Part shown: positions 31,550 through 38,757 of the stretch, one piece after another
How positions within the stretch are numbered: the stretch's first letter is position 1
Layout of the letters: every line of letters starts with the position of its first letter
Assembly (NCBI GenBank): GCA_015064695.1
Contig: SVRS01000001.1
Coordinates: 45,998-109,997, forward strand
Length of the DNA stretch: 64,000 nucleotides
Source of the DNA: Oscillospiraceae bacterium
GTDB taxonomy: Bacteria; Bacillota; Clostridia; Oscillospirales; CAG-272
Direction of reading: 5' to 3'
Position numbers and translations under genes: made by a program
Notes under the pieces: model-generated
Databases searched by the model: none
Told to the model about the DNA's origin: nothing
What the model saw: only the letters and a program-made list of their open reading frames with translations

Positions 31550-34132
31550 ATGAAACGTTTTTTGAGCATGCTTTTGTGCGCCGCCACATTTCTGCCTTGC
31601 TTGTTGACAGGGTGTGGCAAGCAACCCATTTCTTCCACCGATACCGCCGACGGTACAACGGACCGGGGAGACGAATCCACCCGTGAGGAAAGCACGTTCC
31701 GTGAGACCGAGGCGGAGACCGAGGCCGAAACATCCCCCGAATGGATCGAGGGTGAGCTGACCGAATATACGCTGAGCCAAATCGTCTACCAGCAGACAGC
31801 CCGAAGCCAATCGGTAGACGAGCGCCTGGTGGGTCTTTCCGTGAATACCTCCGCGGAATACCGTACGGGAGATACGGTTACGGCCGGCGTGACCATGAAG
31901 CGCGAACTGGGCGGCGAGCGGAATAAGTACTACGCCATTGTCGATTGGGGCGACGGCACCTGGAGCTATTACGGCCCCTTCATGCGGGATATGGTGTCCA
32001 CCGTCAGCTTGTCCCATGCCTATAAAACAAGCGGAAGCTACGCCGTGAAGGGCGCGTTCGTCACCCTTTCCGGCGGCAGACTGTACGGTTGGACCGAAGG
32101 CCAGATCTGTAATGTCGTGGGCGAGGACGTGTACGACGAGGCCATCAGTGGTCTGAAGCCCTTTGCCTCTACCGTGTCCGCAGGCAACGTCGCCGATATG
32201 CTGGATGGGGACTCCGCAACCTTCGTCAAAACGCAAGCCGTCTCGGATATCTATGACGAGCAGTTTGCAGGGCTGTTTTTCGACGATTTCTACCGTCTGG
32301 ATCGCCTGGAGATCCAATTCCCCGCAGACCAGTCCAAATTCCCCTCCAATATTGCCCTGGAGTATACGACCGACGGCGGTGCTACCTGGTACGCCCTGCC
32401 TAAGTACTACTACCTGTACGATTACAATATCGGTCGCTACGAGCCGGATATGGATTTCCCCAATCCCATGGGCGCAACCTTGGTATTTGATATGGACGGT
32501 ATCGTGGCTAACGGCGTCCGCTTTACCGCCAAGCGCTTTGCGGAGGCAGGCGGTACCTTTGCCATCAGCGAAATGCGGGCCTACGGTGACAAGGAGCTTC
32601 TGTTCTACACCGATATGGGTGGTACCTACGACGCCGATCTGAACAATATGTGGACCATCTTCGGCACGGCCTACAGTGAGCCCGGAACCGAGTTCTACAG
32701 CCTGTCCAGCCGCACCCCCTTCCGTACGGGTATGGCTCTCATTCTTTCCACCGAATGGGCGGAGTGGAACGGTCTGAAATTCAACTGGACGGGCTGCACC
32801 AACGAAAAAGCCGCCTACCGGAATCAGCTCATCAATATGCGCTACGGCCCCGACGGTTGGTCGGATGCCGAGGGCTACATTTATGCTACGGCGGACGGTC
32901 CTACCCACCTGGGCCTCCAACGGCACTATACCTACAATTCCATTTTCATCATTGCCACCCGTGATTACCTGCTGCTGGGGAATCACGTAACGGTGAACCA
33001 GAACGGCGCGGAGATCCCCCTTATGGAGGCTACCAACCGTCACGGACAGTCCATGCGGGACAAGCTGGATAAGGCCATGCAGTATATGCTGGAGACTCTG
33101 GACGGGAAAACCGGTATTCTGACCATCTATGATCCCGAGAATGACGGTACCCAGACGGGTAACCCCTCCAACTATTGGGACGTCCATCGCGCCTACGGCT
33201 ATAAGTCCGCCTACGAGAACGCCCTGTTCTACGCATCCCTCGTCGCCATGGCCGAGATCGAAGCCTTCTGCGGCAACACCGAGCAGGCGCAGTATTATAC
33301 CGAGCTGGCGGCTAAGACCAGGAAGGCCTATAACGACCTGTTCTGGGATGAGGAAAAGGGAAGATACATCTGCTCGGAAAACGTCAAGGGTGAGCGTATC
33401 GACTTCGGCATGACCGTGGTGAACTTCTACGCCGCCGCCTATGGCCTGGCGGATGCCGATAAGGCTCAGCGCATCTACGATTGGATCGACGGTAAGCGTA
33501 TCATCGAGGGCGACACCTCCCGGGGCGCGGACATTTACGGTATGTTTGTCTACGCCGCACGAACAAACACTCTGGACGTGTCCTCTACGGGGGAGCCCTA
33601 CTACTGGTACGACCACAACGGCGCCCTGCCCTGTACCCCCGGCACCTTCGGTGGCTTTGGAAACCAGATGCAAAACGGCGGAACCATTTTCTATACCGCC
33701 TACTACGATATGATGGGCCGACTCCGTACCCTGGGGGCAGATAACGCTTACACCCGCTTCTCGGTCATCATGGAGGAATTCCACAAGGACTCTCTCCGCC
33801 GTAACCGCTTCTCAGAGCATGGAGAATACCGCGAGGGCGTGATTGGTGAGTTCCCCGAGAGTGGCCTTGTGCCCCTCACCTACCTCAACGGCTTCATGGG
33901 TCTGAGGGCCGGTGTGGAGGGCCTGGTCATCACGCCCGCGCTTCCTGCGGAGTACGGTGTTGCCGGCGTGCGTGAGTATCACTTCAACGACCGGGTGTAT
34001 AGCATTGAGATCAGCCGCGAGATCATCGCTCCTGCCATGGAGCAGAACGGCGAGGTCTATACCGTCCGGATCCCCGCGACCGGTGGCTACATCATTACCC
34101 GCGACAATCAGCTGACCGCGCTGAGCGAATGA
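31550..34132 (+). CDS. Lipoprotein with PKD-like and F5/8-type-C (discoidin) domains and a C-terminal (alpha/alpha)6-barrel glycoside-hydrolase-like domain
   Basis: MKRFLSMLLCAATFLPCLLTGC lipobox plus an acidic linker. PKD-like segment: AIVDWGDGTWSY...LSHAYKTSGSYAVKG. Discoidin-like segment: VADMLDGDSATFVKTQ...LEIQFP...IALEYTTDGGATWYALP...GVRFTAKRF...ISEMRAYG. Six-hairpin-type segment: YWDVHRAYGYKSAYENALFYASLVAMAEIEAFCGN...AAKTRKAYNDLFWDEEKGRY. Confidence 0.8.
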   Translation: MKRFLSMLLCAATFLPCLLTGCGKQPISSTDTADGTTDRGDESTREESTFRETEAETEAETSPEWIEGELTEYTLSQIVYQQTARSQSVDERLVGLSVNTSAEYRTGDTVTAGVTMKRELGGERNKYYAIVDWGDGTWSYYGPFMRDMVSTVSLSHAYKTSGSYAVKGAFVTLSGGRLYGWTEGQICNVVGEDVYDEAISGLKPFASTVSAGNVADMLDGDSATFVKTQAVSDIYDEQFAGLFFDDFYRLDRLEIQFPADQSKFPSNIALEYTTDGGATWYALPKYYYLYDYNIGRYEPDMDFPNPMGATLVFDMDGIVANGVRFTAKRFAEAGGTFAISEMRAYGDKELLFYTDMGGTYDADLNNMWTIFGTAYSEPGTEFYSLSSRTPFRTGMALILSTEWAEWNGLKFNWTGCTNEKAAYRNQLINMRYGPDGWSDAEGYIYATADGPTHLGLQRHYTYNSIFIIATRDYLLLGNHVTVNQNGAEIPLMEATNRHGQSMRDKLDKAMQYMLETLDGKTGILTIYDPENDGTQTGNPSNYWDVHRAYGYKSAYENALFYASLVAMAEIEAFCGNTEQAQYYTELAAKTRKAYNDLFWDEEKGRYICSENVKGERIDFGMTVVNFYAAAYGLADADKAQRIYDWIDGKRIIEGDTSRGADIYGMFVYAARTNTLDVSSTGEPYYWYDHNGALPCTPGTFGGFGNQMQNGGTIFYTAYYDMMGRLRTLGADNAYTRFSVIMEEFHKDSLRRNRFSEHGEYREGVIGEFPESGLVPLTYLNGFMGLRAGVEGLVITPALPAEYGVAGVREYHFNDRVYSIEISREIIAPAMEQNGEVYTVRIPATGGYIITRDNQLTALSE

Positions 34133-34228
34133 TCCTTGGAGACAGCTTCAAGATTGGGCGGAGGTCCGCTTGCTGCAACCGAATTTCAAAGAATATTTGT
34201 GCCGCCGTTGTGCGGCAGAATGGAGACT

Positions 34229-36073
34229 ATGATGAAACGATTCCTGACCCTGGCCCTCAGCGCAGCCATGCTGTTATCCTGCTTCCTGGTGGGCTGTAAT
34301 AAGCCCGATCAACCTGCGGATACCACTGCCACCCAAGGGGATACGACAGAAGCCGCTACCCGCGGGGAAACCTCCGATTTCCTTGAGGAGTCGGCTACTG
34401 AGCCGGAGACCTCGGATGAGACCTCCTCCGACACGGATGAGGAGACCGAAGGGGAGAAAATTCCTCTGCCCGAGGTAGAGACCGGCATCACCCGCGCCAT
34501 CACCTCGGTGACCATTCTGTCGGGGGACACCCCCTCGGAGGCTTACGCAGCCGCCGAGATGAAAAAATACCTGGAAAAGAAGGGCGTCACCGTGAAGGAC
34601 GATGCCTACACCGTCTCGATTCGCCTGGACCCTGCCATGGATGATGACGATTACCTCCTTGTCGTGCAGAGAAAGAACAAGGAGGGTACGACCATTACGG
34701 GCGGAAAGCGGGGCGTGATCTACGGTGTCTACCGCTTCTTGGAGGACCAGGCCGGCATCCGCTTCTTTACTCCCGAGCTGGAGATCATTCCCGAGGGCGG
34801 CATGAGCATTACCACGGGCGCGTGGGTGTACGACGCAGTTTTGAGCCTGCGCCAGAACGACTGGTACAGTGTCCGTTTCACCCCCGATTGGATGGTCAAA
34901 AACGGCATCAACATCTGCGATTGGTATGGTCCCTTTAGCGAGGAAATGGGTGGTAGCGTGGTGTACGGCGGATTCGTGCATACCTTGGGAGATCTGACGG
35001 GAACGCCCAATGATTCTCAGCCCTGTCTGACCGATCCCGCAAACCTGGAAAAGACCATCGCCAACGTCCGTAAGATCCTCTCGGAGCGCCCCAACGTGAA
35101 TATCGTATCGGTGTCTCAGAACGATAACTGGAATTACTGTAAGTGCGAACGCTGTGCGGCCATCGATGCCGAGGAGGGAAGCAATATGGGTAGCCTGCTC
35201 CGCTTCGTCAACGCCGTGGCGGATGCCATCGCAGAGGACTATCCCGACGTGCTGATCGATACGTTGGCCTATCAGTGGTCCCGTACTCCTACCAAGATCA
35301 CCAAGCCCCGCCCCAATGTCTGCATTCGCCTCTGCTCCATTGTCTGTGATTTTACACACGCGCTGACCGACGAGGACTGCGGTATGAACGTCTCTTTCTG
35401 CAACGACCTGGTGGGCTGGAGTGAGATCTGCAATAAGATCTACATTTGGGACTACACCAACAATTTCCGCTATAACATTCCCACCTACGCCAACCTCCAC
35501 GTCCTGCGAGAGAATATGCGTTTCTATGCCGAGCATAACGTGAAGGGTATATTCCCCCAGGGTAACTGCGGCGCTCCCTCGGGTGAGTTCGGTGAGCTGA
35601 GAGCGTACCTGCTGGCCAAGCTGCTCGTGAATCCCATGATGAGTGAAAAGGAATACTACGCCCACATGGATGAGTTTCTGGCCGCCTACTACGGCGAGGG
35701 CTGGGAGTATATCCGCGCCTATATTAATATGACTTCGGTTAAGGCGGACACGGGCTGTCAGAGCGTGTACGGCCATCCCTTTGAGGCCATTCCCGAGGAC
35801 TACTATCGGATGATGGAGAATGCCTTTGAGGAATGGTGGTCCAAGGCAGAGGAGCTGGCGGGCGATCGCGTAGAGTTCGTCAAGCGCTCCCGTCTCCAGT
35901 GGCGCTACATCAAGCTCATGCTCCATCCCGACGAGGAGGAGGCTCGTAAGCTGATTGCAGACGTAAAGGCCGCCGGAATCAGTTGGACAGAAACGGGCTC
36001 CACGGATATTCCTTCGGATGCCGATTTGTCCAAGGGCCCCGACGAGTGGTTTACCTTCGATTGGTGGCTGTAA
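34229..36073 (+). CDS. DUF4838-like lipoprotein, paralogue 7 of 8
   Basis: MMKRFLTLALSAAMLLSCFLVGC signal peptide. Core motifs are GGK-RGVIYGVYRFLED, SQNDNWNYCKCERCAAIDAEEGSNMGSLLRFVNAVADAIAEDYP, CDFTHALTDEDC and ICNKIYIWDY. The 5' region is homologous to that of paralogue 1. The start is 34220, 34229 or 34232. Confidence 0.88.
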   Translation: MMKRFLTLALSAAMLLSCFLVGCNKPDQPADTTATQGDTTEAATRGETSDFLEESATEPETSDETSSDTDEETEGEKIPLPEVETGITRAITSVTILSGDTPSEAYAAAEMKKYLEKKGVTVKDDAYTVSIRLDPAMDDDDYLLVVQRKNKEGTTITGGKRGVIYGVYRFLEDQAGIRFFTPELEIIPEGGMSITTGAWVYDAVLSLRQNDWYSVRFTPDWMVKNGINICDWYGPFSEEMGGSVVYGGFVHTLGDLTGTPNDSQPCLTDPANLEKTIANVRKILSERPNVNIVSVSQNDNWNYCKCERCAAIDAEEGSNMGSLLRFVNAVADAIAEDYPDVLIDTLAYQWSRTPTKITKPRPNVCIRLCSIVCDFTHALTDEDCGMNVSFCNDLVGWSEICNKIYIWDYTNNFRYNIPTYANLHVLRENMRFYAEHNVKGIFPQGNCGAPSGEFGELRAYLLAKLLVNPMMSEKEYYAHMDEFLAAYYGEGWEYIRAYINMTSVKADTGCQSVYGHPFEAIPEDYYRMMENAFEEWWSKAEELAGDRVEFVKRSRLQWRYIKLMLHPDEEEARKLIADVKAAGISWTETGSTDIPSDADLSKGPDEWFTFDWWL

Positions 36074-36097
36074 GAGCATCATAGGAAGGAGAATACG

Positions 36098-37996
36098 ATG
36101 ATGAAACGTTTTTTAATCTTGACTCTCTGTACGGTCATGCTCCTGTCCTGCTTCTTGGTAAGCTGTAACAAGACCCCTGCCGAAACGACGGATACTTCAA
36201 GCGGCGTAACCACCGCCGCTACTACCTTGGAGGAGGCAACCACCGGTGCCGATGAGGTCACCACCGAGGAAGCCGCCACCGAGGAGGTTGCCACCGAGGA
36301 GGTTACCACCGAGGAGACCACCGAAGGGGGAACCGAGTCCGTCCCCACCCCCACTCCTGCGGTGAAGGCATTCCCTAAGAAAATATTCGTCTACAACAAT
36401 AAGCCCGTAGAAAGCGTTTCCATTACCTGCGGCGGAGACGCGAGTGAGCAGTATGCCGCCGCCGAGCTGCAGAAGTACCTGGAGAAGCTGAGTATTTCGG
36501 TCAAGGAGGAGGGCCAATTCCCCATCACCCTGCTGGTCGATAAGACTCTGGGGGAGGATAGCTACCGCATCGAGATCGGACAAACGGCCGATGAGGGCAT
36601 TACCATTACGGCCGGTAATGGCCGCGGCGTAATCTACGGTGTCTATGGCTTTTTGGAGAAGTATGCAGGCGTGCGCTTCTTCACCGCAGATCTGGAGGTC
36701 TGCGTGAATGCCAAGGATACGCGCATTCTGCTGAATCCCGGCACAAGCTACGAGTTTTCCCCTGAGTTTGAATACCGTTGCACCATATGGTACGGCGGTA
36801 CCCCCGAGTTTTCGGTGAAGAGCGGCATCAACCATTCTGACGGCCAGTTGACGGCTGAGCTGGGCGGCGGCTGGCGGTACGGTGCCTTTGTCCATACCCT
36901 CAGCTGGATGACCGGAACTCCCGGCGGCGAGGCCCCCACGGCCTGTCTGACCGATCCCGCAAACCTCCAAAAGGTGATTCAGAGCGTGCGGAATATTCTG
37001 GCGAATAACCCCGACGTCAAGATCATATCGGTATCTCAGAACGATACCTCGGGCCACTGTATGTGCGCGAACTGTAAGGCTATCGACGATGCAGAGGGAA
37101 GCCCGGCAGGGTCGCTTCTTCGCTTCGTCAACGCCGTTGCAGAGAATATTGAGCAGGATTATCCCAACGTGATGATCGATACCCTGGCCTATCGGTATAC
37201 CCGCAAGGCTCCCTCCATCACCAAGCCCAGGGATAACGTGTGCATCCGTCTTTGCTCCTTGGAATGCTGCTACACTCACCCGCTGTCGGATCCCGAATGC
37301 CCGCAAAATGCCGCCTTTGCCAGAGATCTGATCGAATGGGGAAAGATCTGCGACCGTATCTACATTTGGGACTACACCACCAATTTCGATTACTACGTCA
37401 GTACCTTCGAAAACCTCAATGTCCTGCGGCAGAACATGCGTTTCTTTGCCGAGCATAACGTGAAGGGCGTGTTTGCGCAAGGCAACGGCGAGTCTCTCTC
37501 GGGTGAATTCGGTGAGCTTCGCCGCTACCTGCTGGGTAAGCTGCTGATGGATCCCTATATGAGCGAGCGGGAATATAATACCCATATGGATCAGTTCCTG
37601 GCCGCCTACTATGGCGAGGGCTGGGAGTATATCCGCTCCTACATCAATAATACCAGCGGTCTGATGGGCAAGAGCTGTCGCGGCATATACGATCATCCTC
37701 GCTCTTCCTGGTACGGTGTCATGGCGGAGGAGTTCGATTCCTGGTGGGATCAGGCCGAGGCATTGGCCGGTGACCGTCTGGAATACGTAAAGCGCTCTCG
37801 CTTCCAATGGCGGTACACCAAGCTCTTTAATCATCCCAACGAAGAGGCTGCCAGGGCGCTGGCGGCAGACGTACAGGCTGCCGGTGTTCTTTGGGCCGAG
37901 GGGCGAAGCGGCTTCCCCTATACCACAGCAGAGGGGAATCTGGCCGCGACTCCCGAAAATTGGAACTATACCGACGGAAGCGGATCCACCTCGTAG
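36098..37996 (+). CDS. DUF4838-like lipoprotein, paralogue 8 of 8
   Basis: MMKRFLILTLCTVMLLSCFLVSC signal peptide and a repetitive TTEE linker. Core motifs are GNGRGVIYGVYGFLEK, SQNDTSGHCMCANCKAIDDAEGSPAGSLLRFVNAVAENIEQDYP, CCYTHPLSDPEC and ICDRIYIWDY. Confidence 0.9.
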   Translation: MMKRFLILTLCTVMLLSCFLVSCNKTPAETTDTSSGVTTAATTLEEATTGADEVTTEEAATEEVATEEVTTEETTEGGTESVPTPTPAVKAFPKKIFVYNNKPVESVSITCGGDASEQYAAAELQKYLEKLSISVKEEGQFPITLLVDKTLGEDSYRIEIGQTADEGITITAGNGRGVIYGVYGFLEKYAGVRFFTADLEVCVNAKDTRILLNPGTSYEFSPEFEYRCTIWYGGTPEFSVKSGINHSDGQLTAELGGGWRYGAFVHTLSWMTGTPGGEAPTACLTDPANLQKVIQSVRNILANNPDVKIISVSQNDTSGHCMCANCKAIDDAEGSPAGSLLRFVNAVAENIEQDYPNVMIDTLAYRYTRKAPSITKPRDNVCIRLCSLECCYTHPLSDPECPQNAAFARDLIEWGKICDRIYIWDYTTNFDYYVSTFENLNVLRQNMRFFAEHNVKGVFAQGNGESLSGEFGELRRYLLGKLLMDPYMSEREYNTHMDQFLAAYYGEGWEYIRSYINNTSGLMGKSCRGIYDHPRSSWYGVMAEEFDSWWDQAEALAGDRLEYVKRSRFQWRYTKLFNHPNEEAARALAADVQAAGVLWAEGRSGFPYTTAEGNLAATPENWNYTDGSGSTS

Positions 37997-38080
37997 CCTC
38001 GCCCGACCATTCGGTTTGCCTCGAGCCCCGATGCTCGCGGAGCGGAAAAAGGATGCCCTTTAGGGTATCGATAAAAAGTA

Positions 38081-38120
38081 AAGAGCCTCAAGCGCCTATG
38101 GCGCCTGAGGCTCTTTTTTG
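38081..38120. terminator. Bidirectional intrinsic terminator closing the paralogue array
   Basis: AAGAGCCTCAAGCGCC-TATG-GCGCCTGAGGCTCTT followed by TTTTG, and preceded by an A-run on the other strand. Confidence 0.75.
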
Positions 38121-38124
38121 GAGA

Positions 38125-38433
38125 TTAGTGCATGAAGCGAGGAAGAACACTGCGGCTCTGACCGCCGTTGTCGGTTCCGGTGGGAGGATCACCGGCATCA
38201 CCGTTGGGGTCAACCGTACCTGCATCGGGCTGTAAGGGTTTGTCAGAATCAGAGCCGGAGCCGTTGTTACCCGAGGAAGGTGTGGTGGTTGTCTGCGTAT
38301 TTCCAGCCGTCGTGTCGCCGGGGTTCTTGTGATCGTTCCGTGTGCAGGCAACCGAACCCAGTAAAACGGTAGACAGAACCAGCGCGGAAATCCCAAACGC
38401 CGCCGTCCGTTTCATGAATTGGTTTGCTTTCAT
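38125..38433 (-). CDS. Small low-complexity lipoprotein (T/G/D/P-rich)
   Basis: MKANQFMKRTAAFGISALVLSTVLLGSVAC lipobox, followed by about 70 aa of NPGDTTAGNTQTTTTPSSGNNGSGSDSD... with no globular domain. The RBS is weak. Confidence 0.45.
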   Translation of the reverse strand: MKANQFMKRTAAFGISALVLSTVLLGSVACTRNDHKNPGDTTAGNTQTTTTPSSGNNGSGSDSDKPLQPDAGTVDPNGDAGDPPTGTDNGGQSRSVLPRFMH

Positions 38434-38684
38434 CGTATGACCATACCTTTCGATATTTCGCACAAAGCGCCCCCGCACAAGGCGGGCGGGCTTGCGCCCA
38501 CAGGAGAGTCACAGACCTGCGGATGGATTACAGCAGGCCGTAACCTGTTGTAAGTACCGTAGATTTCGCCTCAACAAGCACAGCGGGTTGCGGCTTTCTC
38601 TGTGGCTCTGTGGATAGTATGGACAGACAAAACGGCGGGTATAAGAGGAAAAAAATGTTAATCGTGTTAAAGGTTTTGGGGATT

Positions 38685-38733
38685 TTCAAGGACCTTTTTC
38701 AAAAGGTCCTTGAACCGCCGGAGGCTCGCTCCC
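38685..38733. repeat. 3'-end repeat module, copy 2
   Basis: Hairpin TTCAAGGACCTTTTT-C-AAAAGGTCCTTGAA followed by CCGCCGGAGGCTCGCTCCC. It lies just 3' of the GH95 stop. Confidence 0.65.
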
Positions 38734-38757
38734 TGTCTGCTCCCCATCCGCTCCCAA

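Noticed and set aside
20076-37834. Very long antisense ORFs covering nearly every paralogue and the 860-aa gene. Examples are 20076-21629, 22008-23777, 25745-27496, 29606-31057, 31121-33784, 34274-36082 and 36197-37834, all on the minus strand.
   Set aside because: Their translations are low-information G/V/H/D/L/R-rich strings with no motifs, signal peptides or RBS-linked starts. Stop-free antisense frames are the expected by-product of GC3-rich codon usage on the sense strand. The plus-strand products, by contrast, have strong family motifs. The same reasoning applies to 38710-40047, 43977-45809, 49500-50975, 54165-55565, 58168-59619 and 6595-7668.
20160-37996. Diversity-generating retroelement or invertible-promoter (phase-variation) mechanism acting on the variable linkers.
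   Set aside because: The window has no reverse transcriptase, no template/variable repeat pair with adenine-specific differences, no site-specific recombinase, and no inverted repeats flanking a promoter. Linker divergence looks like ordinary drift or selection plus occasional gene conversion.
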